Assembly (NCBI GenBank): GCA_963761335.1
Contig: CAVXGR010000011.1
Location: forward strand, 32,001 to 96,000
Direction: 5' to 3'
DNA: 64,000 nucleotides
Source: an uncultured delta proteobacterium
Lineage (GTDB): Bacteria; Desulfobacterota; Binatia; HRBIN30; BPIQ01
Below the pieces are notes generated by a model. The model worked only from the letters and a program-made list of their open reading frames with translations, was not told the DNA's origin and ran no database searches. Shown here in pieces: positions 21,223-30,677 of the stretch. A program made the position numbers and the translations under genes. Position 1 is the stretch's first letter, and each line of letters starts with the position of its first letter.

Positions 21223-21466
21223 GACGCCGAGCGTACACCAGCACGGCCGCTACGACAAAGGTGCGTCGAGGCAGGAGTGTGGTCCCGCCGTGGAGTGGTC
21301 ACGACAACGCCGACAGGCGCAGCGGCCGCAGGCGTTACAGTCGCCGGCCGGCACTGCCCAGTCTCCGGAGAGCGGACGGATGGCGAGGCCAAACACCCGA
21401 CAATTGACCTCTGGATTGCGCATGCTCAGATGTCCTATACCAGGCAGCGATGGTCCCCCGGAGCTC

Positions 21467-22015
21467 ATGATGTTTCTTCGCCATCTTTTGGCGATCCTCT
21501 TCCTGCCCTTCGTCGCCGCGGTCGTCGTGCCGCTGTGGCTACTCCGCAGCTTTGCCGCCGCCGACACGCGCTGGCAGGAAGCTCTGCCGATCGTGTGGCT
21601 GCCGCGCTCGGCGGGCGCGGCGCTCCTCGTCGTCGGATTCGCGCTCTTCTGCTCCTGCGTCGTTCTGTTCGCCAGAATCGGGCGGGGAACCCTCGCGCCC
21701 TGGGATCCAACCCGCAAGCTGGTCGCCATGGGCCCGTATCGCTTCGTCCGCAATCCGATGATCAGCGGAGTCTTCCTGATGCTGGCAGGCCTGGCACTGC
21801 TCCGAGGCTCATGGGTGATCGCCGCCTGGGTCTGCACTTTTGGCTTGATCAACCACGCCTACTTCCTGCTGTCGGAGGAGCCGGGACTGGAACGGCGATT
21901 CGGCGAGAGCTACCGCATCTACAAGACACACGTCCCGCGATGGATACCGCGAGTCAGACCATGGACGAGTCCTGATCCATCCGTGGGACGAGCGAACGGT
22001 GCGGGAGAAGAGTAG
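21467..22015 (+). CDS. Isoprenylcysteine carboxyl methyltransferase / PEMT family membrane methyltransferase
   Basis: GRGTLAPWDPTRKLV..GPYRFVRNPM, EEPGLERRFGESY..Y...VPRW. Confidence 0.9.
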   Translation: MMFLRHLLAILFLPFVAAVVVPLWLLRSFAAADTRWQEALPIVWLPRSAGAALLVVGFALFCSCVVLFARIGRGTLAPWDPTRKLVAMGPYRFVRNPMISGVFLMLAGLALLRGSWVIAAWVCTFGLINHAYFLLSEEPGLERRFGESYRIYKTHVPRWIPRVRPWTSPDPSVGRANGAGEE

Positions 22016-22044
22016 GACACGGGGGGCGGACGAAGTAGGCCTCG

Positions 22045-22336
22045 TTGGGCGTAATCATCACCAAGCGCGAGGTCGCACCCAACGTCCACGAGTTGGTCCT
22101 GCGCGCTCCCGCCATTGCGTCATCGGCATGGAATGCCTGCGGATGGAGCTGGGCGAGCCGGACGAGTCGGGACGGCGACGGTGGTCGCCGACCCGAAGAC
22201 GGTGCAGACTTCGATGACCGGCGTCTTCGGCCGGCGGCGACATCGTCTCCGGCGCCGCGACCCTCATTCTGGCGATGGGAAAGGGCCGCATCGCCGCTGG
22301 CTCGATGAACGCCTGCCTGCGCGGCGGCAGCGCTAG
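22045..22336 (+). pseudogene. Collapsed remnant of an NfnA/NfnB (SudB/SudA, GltD-like) gene pair
   Basis: Fragments in different frames: MGVIITKREVAPNVHELVLRAPAIA; VIGMECLRMELGEPDESGRRR; VVADPKTVQTSMTGVF/AGGDIVSGAATLILAMGKGRIAA. Confidence 0.82.
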
Positions 22337-23217
22337 CGACGGCTGACGGCGCGCCGCAGCGCGCCGGCGTACGTGCCGATGCGGCGCAGGCGCGAGGTGT
22401 TCTCGAGCCGGATCGAATCGCCGATGCGGACCGTGCCTCCGCGGACGACGTGCGCGTAGACGCCGACGGTGGGCAGCCGCTTGGCGAGCAAGCCGAACAG
22501 CTGCTTGTTCTCCGCGGCGGCGCGCAGAATCTCCGGATCCGGCGGCAGCTGGCCCTGCGCCAGCGTCGTCATCACACACCGCGGGCACGGGAACTGGACG
22601 TAGGCGCGCACCTCGTCCCCGATCGCGAGCTCGCGGCCCACCCAGTCGTTCTCGTGAAAGCCTCGCACCGGGCCGGTATCGACGACGACGTTGGGGCGAA
22701 ACCGCGGGACCTCGACACGTGACTGGGGCCGCAGCTCGCGCAGCCGCTCGAGCGTCGCAGTCGTGACGAGGTGCAGTGCCGCGAAGTCGAAGAAGGTGCC
22801 CTCCGGGGCACCGACCGCGAGCGGCGAGCCGCGCCCGTCGTCGCGCTTTGGCTCGAGCTCATCGTAAGTCGCCTGCCGCGGCGGGGCGGACACGAGCCGG
22901 ATGTCGCGACCCACGGCCGCCGACAGCACACGGTCGATGTCCGGCTGATCGCTGCGGGCCTGCCGCCCGTCGGGGAGCTCGATCGCAACCCTGGGATGAC
23001 GATCGCCGTCGCGCTCAGCGACGCGAGCTTTGAAGCCGAGGAGACTGCCCCAATTTCGCGGGTGCTTGGCGCTCGCGATCCGCCCGGTCTCGACGTCGAG
23101 CAGCGCGTAGGCGCGATCGCCGAGCACGCCGGTGGCACTGGTGACGATTGCGGAGGTGAGCGCCTCGCCGGCCATCGACTTGATCGGATAGCGCCAGAGC
23201 TGTGCGACGGTCATCAT
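22333..23217 (-). CDS. MOSC domain-containing protein
   Basis: LWRYPIKSMAGE, GDRAYAL, FFD..LHL, RFRPNVV, CPRCVMT. Confidence 0.92.
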   Translation of the reverse strand: MMTVAQLWRYPIKSMAGEALTSAIVTSATGVLGDRAYALLDVETGRIASAKHPRNWGSLLGFKARVAERDGDRHPRVAIELPDGRQARSDQPDIDRVLSAAVGRDIRLVSAPPRQATYDELEPKRDDGRGSPLAVGAPEGTFFDFAALHLVTTATLERLRELRPQSRVEVPRFRPNVVVDTGPVRGFHENDWVGRELAIGDEVRAYVQFPCPRCVMTTLAQGQLPPDPEILRAAAENKQLFGLLAKRLPTVGVYAHVVRGGTVRIGDSIRLENTSRLRRIGTYAGALRRAVSRR

Positions 23218-23274
23218 GATGTGCGGAATATAGCACAGTCGGACCAGGCGCACTGCGCTGGGAGCCCAAGATCT

Positions 23275-23706
23275 AGTAGTGGTGGATCTTGAGATCAACC
23301 GCGTATCATTTCGAAATCATCCTTACCAATCAAAATCCCCCACGACCTAACTTGGGCTGGGGGATCGCGCCGCGAAGCGGCGCAGGCATGTAGCCCCGGG
23401 TCGGAGACCCGGGGATCCCGGGTCCGCCTTCCCCGATGCGCCCCGCCAGGGGCGCAGGCGTGCAAGCCCGGGGGCAGAGGCCTGTGTCAAAATCGCGCCC
23501 GCGCCCCTGGCGGGGCGCCAACGGACGTCGAGTTCGGGATCCCCGGGTCAGAGACCCGGGGCTACACACCTGCGCCCCTCCGGGGCGAATGATCTCCTCG
23601 CTCCCGGCCACAGATGCAACCTCGGGAAGTCGGGTTCAACTCAAAAAAGGGGGGGGTTGTGGTGGATCGAAGTTGACCGCGTTTCATTTCGAAATCCCCC
23701 ACTACC
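23275..23706. mobile_element. Non-autonomous composite element (MITE-like) with RGTAGTGG ends and 8-bp flanking direct repeat CAAGATCT
   Basis: Outer ends match as inverted repeats at 22 of 28 positions (23276-23303 vs 23678-23705); CAAGATCT at 23267-23274 and 23707-23714; no coding capacity. Confidence 0.65.
23380..23575. repeat. GTAG-family REP doublet (REPIN-like) with nested inverted hairpins
   Basis: GTAGCCCCGGGTCggaGACCCGGGG at 23390-23414 and an inverted copy at 23541-23565; exact 18-bp inverted pair at 23438-23455 / 23501-23518. Confidence 0.8.
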
Positions 23707-23798
23707 CAAGATCTGAGGAAACCCCGGCGCCTTACTCGAGCCGCGGGAAGCGGCTAGTATCACCCAGGCGAACGCCACCGGGACCGGAGCAGGCAAAC

Positions 23799-25136
23799 AT
23801 GATGGACACCGAGACCATCCTCATCCTGTCGGGGTATGCGGCGCTGGGCACGCTGTTGGCGGGGGGCACGCTCCTGGCGAGGCGTCGTCACGGGTCGGGC
23901 TTCGCAGCTCTCGTCCTCGCTCTCAACCTCGAGATCATCTGCGGCTTCTCCATCGTCCTCCCCTTGTACGGAGTGCGGTATCCCAGCAACCCGTCAACTC
24001 TCATCTTCGTGTGCGGCGCGGCGGCGCTCAGCGCCGCGGTCAACGCCGCTCTTCTGGCAGCGCCGGCGGCGACGGCGGACCGCCTGATCGGACTGGTGCG
24101 CCGGAGTCGGCTCGTGCAGCGGCTGGGCCTCGTGCTCCTCGGTGCCATCGTTCCGCTCGGGGGTCTCGAGACGATCGCCCAGCTCACCACCCGGCTCGGC
24201 CTCGTGTCGTACTTCGTTCCCGTCGAGATACGCCTCGCCCAGAAGACGGAGGACTGGCGCCTGGCGCACATCATGAGTGACGATTTTCGCGAGCCCGATC
24301 CGCTACTGCTGTGGCGCTCCATCCCTCGCTATCCGTACAGCTCGCAGCGGTTCAAAGGCCCTGAGGTCGCGGTGCCGAAGCCCGGGGGAACATTTCGACT
24401 CATCTGCTATGGAGATTCGAATACCGACGGCCCTTCCTTTGGAAGTGCCTGGGCCGCGCAGCTGCAGGACCTGCTCGCACAGAAGGGGACCGCGTCGCGC
24501 CGCTATGAGGTGATGAATGCCGGTGTAGGCGGCTACTCTTCCTATCAGGGATTGATGCGCTTCCGCGAAGAGGTGGATCAGTTCCAGCCGGATGTGATCT
24601 TCATCTCCTTTGGCTGGAACGATGCCTCCGGCGCCATTGGCAGACCTGATCGGGAGTACGCGCAGGCCGGCCTTCTACCGGCCGTCAATCCATTCGCGCT
24701 CTTCATTCGTCGCCTGATGCTGCGGTACCGCTCCACGCTGGTCGTACAGCACCTGCTGTCTTCCGGGGCAGCCCTCGACGTCGATCGACCACTGCTGCCG
24801 CGGGTGGATCTCTCCGCATACGCGTCGAACCTCCGTGGATTCTTCGCCACCGCACGCGCTCACCACGTCATGCCGATCGTTCTCACGAGGCCGTATCGGG
24901 AGACGACGGAGGCGCTGCGACGGGACGCGACGTGGCGGCGCAATGTGCCGAGCTACAACGAGGTCGCCTTGCAGGTTGCCGCCGAGGAAGGCGTCCTCGC
25001 CATCGACGTGCAGCGCGCCTTCGAGGGCCGGCCGGAGCTGTTCGCGGATGAGTGTCATTTCACCCACGAGGGGCACCGGGAGATGGCCCGCTTGCTCGAG
25101 GCGTCTCTCCAGGCGAAGGGATACGTGCCACCTTGA
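23799..25136 (+). CDS. Membrane-anchored SGNH/GDSL hydrolase family protein
   Basis: About four N-terminal TM segments; GDSNT, NAGVGGYSS, FGWND and DECH blocks. Confidence 0.88.
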   Translation: MMDTETILILSGYAALGTLLAGGTLLARRRHGSGFAALVLALNLEIICGFSIVLPLYGVRYPSNPSTLIFVCGAAALSAAVNAALLAAPAATADRLIGLVRRSRLVQRLGLVLLGAIVPLGGLETIAQLTTRLGLVSYFVPVEIRLAQKTEDWRLAHIMSDDFREPDPLLLWRSIPRYPYSSQRFKGPEVAVPKPGGTFRLICYGDSNTDGPSFGSAWAAQLQDLLAQKGTASRRYEVMNAGVGGYSSYQGLMRFREEVDQFQPDVIFISFGWNDASGAIGRPDREYAQAGLLPAVNPFALFIRRLMLRYRSTLVVQHLLSSGAALDVDRPLLPRVDLSAYASNLRGFFATARAHHVMPIVLTRPYRETTEALRRDATWRRNVPSYNEVALQVAAEEGVLAIDVQRAFEGRPELFADECHFTHEGHREMARLLEASLQAKGYVPP

Positions 25137-25202
25137 GAGGACGGGATTGTGCCACCGCCGTCCCCGTGGGCATCTGTGGTGAGCCTTGCCAGGAACCGCA
25201 AA

Positions 25203-25994
25203 TTACTCGCCGGTGAAGACGGGGCGGCGCTTCTCGAGGAAGGCCTGCATGCCCTCCATCTGATCCTTGGTGCCCGAGCAGCGCCTCACGGCGGAGCGCT
25301 CCTCGGCGAGGGCTTCCTCCAGAGAAGCACTGCCGGCGCCGACGACGCAGCGCAGGACACCGGCAACCGCCAGGGGAGGCATGGCGGCAATCTCCAAGGC
25401 GAGCTCGTGCGCCGCAGCCTTGAGCCGATCCAACGAGTGGACCTCGTGCACGAGGCCGATCCGCTGGGCTTCGGGTCCACTGATCTTCTTCGCACGCAGG
25501 ATCATGTCGAGGGCGCGGTCGCGGCCGACACAGCGGGTCAGTCGCGCCGTTCCGCCCCAGGCGGGAACGGTGCCGAGATCGAGCTCAGGAAGTCCGATCT
25601 TGGCGCCCTCGGCGGCAGCGAATCGGAAGTGGCAGGCGAGGGGAAGCTCGAGGCCGCCCCCGAGGCAGTAGCCGAACAAGGTCGCGATGGAGGGCTTGGT
25701 CATGTTCTCGATGGCGGCCAGGACGCGGAGGCGTTGGTCGAGCACCGCTTCGAAGCCGCCGCGGGCCGCCGCCCCGGTGAAGAGCTGCTTGAGGTCCATG
25801 CCGACCGAGAAGTTCTGATCGCCCGATGCGGTGAATACGAGCACCCGGACTTCCGGATCGTTGGCGGCGTCATTGACGGCCCGCTCCACGGCGTCCATGT
25901 ACTCGAACGTCATGCGGTTCATCGGCGCATCGTTGTTGGTGAGGGTGAGGACTCCGCCGTCGCGTTCGATGAGGAGCGGTTCGCGGTCGGTCAT
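25203..25994 (-). CDS. Enoyl-CoA hydratase/isomerase
   Basis: FSVGMDL, GYCLGGGLEL, GLPE..LG..P.WGGT, EGMQAFLEKR. Confidence 0.95.
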   Translation of the reverse strand: MTDREPLLIERDGGVLTLTNNDAPMNRMTFEYMDAVERAVNDAANDPEVRVLVFTASGDQNFSVGMDLKQLFTGAAARGGFEAVLDQRLRVLAAIENMTKPSIATLFGYCLGGGLELPLACHFRFAAAEGAKIGLPELDLGTVPAWGGTARLTRCVGRDRALDMILRAKKISGPEAQRIGLVHEVHSLDRLKAAAHELALEIAAMPPLAVAGVLRCVVGAGSASLEEALAEERSAVRRCSGTKDQMEGMQAFLEKRRPVFTGE

Positions 25995-26205
25995 TGGCGA
26001 TCTCCTTAGGCGGCAGAAGCATCAGATCGGACGACGGTGGTCAAGCTGCACCGCCGGCCTTGGTCCTCTCGGTCCCCTGGGTCGGCCGTCGTGGCAGTTT
26101 TTCTGGGCCCGTGCTATCGATCGTTCGTGCGTCGGCCAAAGGCGCGCCAGCGGAGGCGAGCTGTCTCGCCCCATCTGATGTGCCCGCCAAGGAGGTGTTC
26201 CGTCC

Positions 26206-27063
26206 ATGACAAAGGTCCTTGAGAAGGGTCGGTTCCGGTGTGGCCGCTACGAGCTCGCCTATGAGATTCACGGAGACTCGGGCGTTCCCTGCGTGCTTCT
26301 GCACGGGCTCTTGCTCGATTCGCTGGTGAACCGGGGCCTCGCGGCGCGCTTCGTGAGCCGAGGCTACCGGGTGATCCTTCTCGACCTGCTCGGCCATGGG
26401 GAGAGCGACAAGCCCATCGACCCGCGCGACCTGCGCATCGACTTCTTTGCCGAGCAGACGCTCGCGCTCCTCGACCACCTGGGTATCGAGAGGGCGCTCG
26501 TCGGCGGCGTGTCACTCGGCGCGATCACGGCGCTGCAAGTCGCCGTACAGGCCCCGGAACGCTGCATCGGCCTGTTCATCGAGATGCCGGTGATGGAATG
26601 GTCGACGATGTTCGCAGCGCTCCTGCTCGTGCCGCTGATCGCCCTCGTGGACTGGGGCTCGTTCATCGGTCGCCCGCTCGCGCGCCTGGTGCGCCGTATC
26701 CCGCGGCCGAACAGCGATCTGCTCGCCAGCTTTCTCAATGCCGCCTCCGCGGAGCCGGAGGTCATCACCGCCGTCCTGCACGGCATCCTGGTCGGCCCGG
26801 TCGTGCCACCCGCAGAGCGTCGCCGGCAGCTGACCATGCCCACGCTGGTGATTGGCCATCGCGGCGACCGGCTGCACGCGCACCGTGACGCGGCGGCGCT
26901 TGCGAACGAGATGCCGAACGCGCGCTTGCTCGAGACGCGCTGGATGGGCGAGCTGCACGTCACCCCGGACCGCCTCTGGCCGCAGATATGTGGCTTTCTC
27001 AACGAGGTGAGCGCTGTCGCCCGCAGCGCGGAGGAGCGCCGGATGGGCAACGCGCCGAATTGA
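26206..27063 (+). CDS. Alpha/beta fold hydrolase
   Basis: LLHGL, DLLGHGES, GVSLG nucleophile elbow. Confidence 0.88.
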   Translation: MTKVLEKGRFRCGRYELAYEIHGDSGVPCVLLHGLLLDSLVNRGLAARFVSRGYRVILLDLLGHGESDKPIDPRDLRIDFFAEQTLALLDHLGIERALVGGVSLGAITALQVAVQAPERCIGLFIEMPVMEWSTMFAALLLVPLIALVDWGSFIGRPLARLVRRIPRPNSDLLASFLNAASAEPEVITAVLHGILVGPVVPPAERRRQLTMPTLVIGHRGDRLHAHRDAAALANEMPNARLLETRWMGELHVTPDRLWPQICGFLNEVSAVARSAEERRMGNAPN

Positions 27064-27091
27064 TCACAGGTTGGCGAGGCAAGACCCGCGA

Positions 27092-27403
27092 TCAGTCGCC
27101 CGTCACGCGGCGAATAACCTGGGTCGCGCTGGCCTTTGCCACGATGTCGCCGTCGCTCCGTGTGAACGTGGCCTCGACGTGTGCAGCGGTGCGGCCGCGG
27201 TGCAAGACGACCGCATCGACCCGAACATCGCCGTCGCCTTCGCGCAGCAGACGGAAGTAGCGGACCTGGAGCTCTGCCGTCGCGAACGCCTCGTCGTCGT
27301 CGACGACCGTCAAGGTCGCGAAGCTCGTCGGCTCGAGAGGGGGAAGCCATTCCGGCCGGATGAGAACGCACGGCCGCAATCGAGCAGGCGAGCTTGCCGC
27401 CAT
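27092..27403 (-). pseudogene. PaaI-type thioesterase C-terminal fragment
   Basis: FATAELQVRYFR...VLHRGRTAAHVEA.....G..VAKASAT is present; the N-terminal HGG motif is absent; start uncertain. Confidence 0.6.
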
Positions 27404-27446
27404 CTCTCGCCAGGTTCAACAATTCGGTGCTAGATTCGCCCGATCC

Positions 27447-30400
27447 ATGGCCCAGCCCCTACGCATCCTACTCATCGAAGACCTCGAGGATGACGCGCTG
27501 CTGCTCCTTGGCGAGCTGCGCCGCGGGGGCTACGAGCCGACGTGGGAACGGGTGGATACCGCAGCGGCTCTGTCTGCGGCGCTGGGGCGACAGACGTGGG
27601 ACATCATTGCGTGCGACTGGGTCATGCCCCGATTCAGCGCCCCGGATGCACTGAAGCTGCTCAAGCAGCACGGCGTCGATATACCGATCATCATCGTCTC
27701 CGGTGAGGTCGGGGAAGAGGTAGCCATTACCGCGATGAAAGCCGGGGCTCACGACTACGTCAGCAAGTTCCGGCTCCAACGGTTGGTGCCCGCCATCGAT
27801 CGGGAATTGCGTGAAGCCCGTGAACGCCGCGCCCGCCGGCAGTCAGAAGAGGCCCTGGAACGCGAGCGAGAGCTGGTGACCTCCGTGCTCGACACGGTGG
27901 GGGCATTGGTCGGGGTGGTCGACAGGGAGGGGCGGATCGTCCGCTTCAACCGCGCCTGCGAGCAGACCCTCGGCTACTCCTTCGATGAAGTCCGCGGACG
28001 TCCCTTCTGGGATCTGTTGCCGATGGCGGGCGAGGTCGATCCGGCCAAAACAATCTTCGAGCGGCTGCTCGCCGGAAAGTGGCCAATGCAATACGAGACC
28101 TATTGGTACACGCGCCAAGGTGGGCGCATACGCCTGGCCTGGTCGACCAGGTTTCTCAGCAACGAGGCGGGCGAGGTGGAGTACGTCATTGGAAGCGGTA
28201 TCGACATCACCGAGCGAAAGCGATCGGAGGACGCCCTTCAGGCCAGTGAGACCCGCTTTCGCTCCCTGATTGAAAAGTCACTCGATCTCATTGCGATCAT
28301 CGACGCCAACGGCAACTACCGGTACGTCAACCCCGCCCATGAGGTGGCCTACGGGCGCACCGCGGACGAGATGGTGGGTACGAGCGCCTTTGAGACCTTG
28401 CACCCCGACGACGCGCGCGAGCTGCCGGAGCGCCTGGCCGCGGCGATTCGCAGCGGTGAGACGATGGCGACGGTCGACTATCGCATTCGCCACAAAGACG
28501 GCTCCTGGCACCCGGTCGAAGGGATGGCCCTCAACCTGTTTGACGATCCTGCCATTGGCGGGCTGCTGGTCACCGGCCGGGACATCACCGAGCGCCGGCT
28601 GGCGGACCAGCGCGTCACCGATGCGTTGAACTACACGCAGACCATGCTCGACGCGTCGCCGGTCGGGATCATCACATACAGCGCCTCGGGTGACACCGTT
28701 TCGACGAACGAAGCCGCGGCTCAGCTGATCGGCGCGACGATTGATCAGGTGAAGGTCCAGAACTTCCGCCAGCTCGAGTCCTGGCGGGTCTCGGGGTTGC
28801 TCGCGGCCGCAGAGAAAGCCCTCGCCACCGGCGAGGAGCAGCAGATCGAGACCAGGTTCATCACCAGCTTCGGCAACCCCGTGTGGCTCGCCGTGCGCCT
28901 CGTACCCTTCCAGTTCGAGGGGGAGAGACGACTGCTCACCCTGTCGACGGATATCGGCGAGCGCAAGCGAGCCGAGGAAGCGCTGGCAAAGACGGCGCAA
29001 TATCTGCTCGCCGCGCAATCGATCGCCCACGTGGGAAGCTGGGAATGGAACGTCGAGACGGGGGATCTGTGGTGGTCCGATGAAACCTATCGAATCTTTG
29101 GCCTCCAGCCGGGACAAGTGCATCCCAGCTACGGAGTGGCGCTGGATTTTGCCCATCCGCACGACCGGGAGCGGTACGAAGCGACTCTGCGGAGAGCGGT
29201 TGAGTCGGGGGAGAGATTCTCCGTCGAAATCCGAATCATACGCGCCGACGCCACCGAGGGAACGATCACCGTCGCGGGCGGTGTCTTCGGCGCGGAACAG
29301 GGGCAATCGCGTGTCTTCATAGGCGTCGTGCAGGACATCAGCGAGCGCAAGCACGCCGAGCAGTTGCTGCAGACCCGCGAGCAGCAGCAAGCCACGATTG
29401 CCCAGCTGAGCCAGCTCGCCTTGTCGAGCGCGGACCTTTCCGACCTGATGAGGGAAGTCGTCCAGCGCTCGGCGCGCACCGTCCAAGCCGAGCATTGCGA
29501 GGTTCTCGAGCTGCTCCCCGACGGCGAGACGCTGCTCCTGCGCGCCGGTCCGGACTGGCTGGCCGCAGCGGTCAGCCACGGCACCTTCACCGTCAGCAAG
29601 GCGTTCCCGGCCGGCCATACGGTGCTCACCGGCGAGCCCGTGATCATCAACGACACAGGCGCCGACGAGCGCTTCTCGGCCGCACCGCTCATTCATGCTC
29701 TGGGCTTCACGAGTGGCATGACGGTGTTGATCCGAGTCCAAGGTAAACCCTTCGGCGTGCTCGGAGCGTTCAGCCGCCAAGCGGGAAGGTTCACCCAGGA
29801 CGATCTCCATTTCCTCCAGGCGGTCGCCAATGTTCTGGCGCAAGCGATCGAGCAGAAGCTGGCCGAAGACGAGATTCGCACCCTCAACGAATCGCTCGAG
29901 CGACGCGTGGGCGAGCGCACCGAGGAGCTGATGACCGTCAACGAAGAGCTGGAAGCGTTCAGCTACTCGGTGTCGCATGATCTCCGCGCCCCGCTGCGGC
30001 ACATCGCGGGATTCAGCCGTATCCTGCTGCAAGATTATGCGCCGCAGCTGGGCACCGAGGTCATGCAATACCTCGACAGGATAGAGGCGAGCACGCAGCA
30101 CATGGGACAGCTCATCGAAGACCTGCTCAACCTCTCTCGGGTGACGCGCACGCAGATGGTGCGGCAGGCGGTGCACCTGAGCGATCTGGCACAGGCCATC
30201 GCCGCGGACCTGCAGAGCAGCGCACCGAACCGATCGGTGGAGTTCGTCATTGCGCCGGGGCTCGCGGCCGAAGGCGACCCGCGCCTGCTGCGCGTCGCGC
30301 TCGACAATCTCCTCGGCAATGCCTGGAAGTACACGAGCAAGCACCCCGCCGCGCGGATCGAGTTCGGGGCGAGCGAATGCGACGGAGAGGTGGTGTACTC

Positions 30401-30638
30401 GGTGCGGGACGACGGCGCCGGCTTCGATATGACCGATGCAGCAAAGCTGTTTCGGGCCTTTCAGCGGTTCCACTCGACGAGCGAATTCGAGGGGACGGGC
30501 GTGGGGCTGGCCATCGTGCAGCGGATCATTCGTCGGCACGGCGGCCGGATCTGGGCCGAGTCGGAAGTCGGCAAAGGGGCAACCTTCTGTTTCACATTGG
30601 GGCGCCGGCCCGCCGGCCGCGGAAGCTCCCGTCGGTAG
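27447..30638 (+). CDS. Cytoplasmic hybrid histidine kinase: REC - 4 PAS - GAF - HisKA - HATPase
   Basis: ILLIED..D..MP..K receiver; four PAS/PAC units ending DITERK-like; GAF (FTQDDLHFLQAVAN); SHDLRAPL, NAWKY, DDGAGF, GTGVGL. Confidence 0.93.
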   Translation: MAQPLRILLIEDLEDDALLLLGELRRGGYEPTWERVDTAAALSAALGRQTWDIIACDWVMPRFSAPDALKLLKQHGVDIPIIIVSGEVGEEVAITAMKAGAHDYVSKFRLQRLVPAIDRELREARERRARRQSEEALERERELVTSVLDTVGALVGVVDREGRIVRFNRACEQTLGYSFDEVRGRPFWDLLPMAGEVDPAKTIFERLLAGKWPMQYETYWYTRQGGRIRLAWSTRFLSNEAGEVEYVIGSGIDITERKRSEDALQASETRFRSLIEKSLDLIAIIDANGNYRYVNPAHEVAYGRTADEMVGTSAFETLHPDDARELPERLAAAIRSGETMATVDYRIRHKDGSWHPVEGMALNLFDDPAIGGLLVTGRDITERRLADQRVTDALNYTQTMLDASPVGIITYSASGDTVSTNEAAAQLIGATIDQVKVQNFRQLESWRVSGLLAAAEKALATGEEQQIETRFITSFGNPVWLAVRLVPFQFEGERRLLTLSTDIGERKRAEEALAKTAQYLLAAQSIAHVGSWEWNVETGDLWWSDETYRIFGLQPGQVHPSYGVALDFAHPHDRERYEATLRRAVESGERFSVEIRIIRADATEGTITVAGGVFGAEQGQSRVFIGVVQDISERKHAEQLLQTREQQQATIAQLSQLALSSADLSDLMREVVQRSARTVQAEHCEVLELLPDGETLLLRAGPDWLAAAVSHGTFTVSKAFPAGHTVLTGEPVIINDTGADERFSAAPLIHALGFTSGMTVLIRVQGKPFGVLGAFSRQAGRFTQDDLHFLQAVANVLAQAIEQKLAEDEIRTLNESLERRVGERTEELMTVNEELEAFSYSVSHDLRAPLRHIAGFSRILLQDYAPQLGTEVMQYLDRIEASTQHMGQLIEDLLNLSRVTRTQMVRQAVHLSDLAQAIAADLQSSAPNRSVEFVIAPGLAAEGDPRLLRVALDNLLGNAWKYTSKHPAARIEFGASECDGEVVYSVRDDGAGFDMTDAAKLFRAFQRFHSTSEFEGTGVGLAIVQRIIRRHGGRIWAESEVGKGATFCFTLGRRPAGRGSSRR

Positions 30639-30677
30639 GGCAACTCCCTCCGGCGCACGCAGCGCATCTGGTCCACT

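Noticed and set aside
23265..23280. CCCAAGATCTAGTAGT as an NrdR box
   Set aside because: No ribonucleotide reductase gene is adjacent; better explained as the element end plus direct repeat
23643..23656. A6-G8 tract as a phase-variation switch
   Set aside because: Non-coding and inside the MITE-like element; the 23436 ORF extension across it is spurious (real start about 23799)
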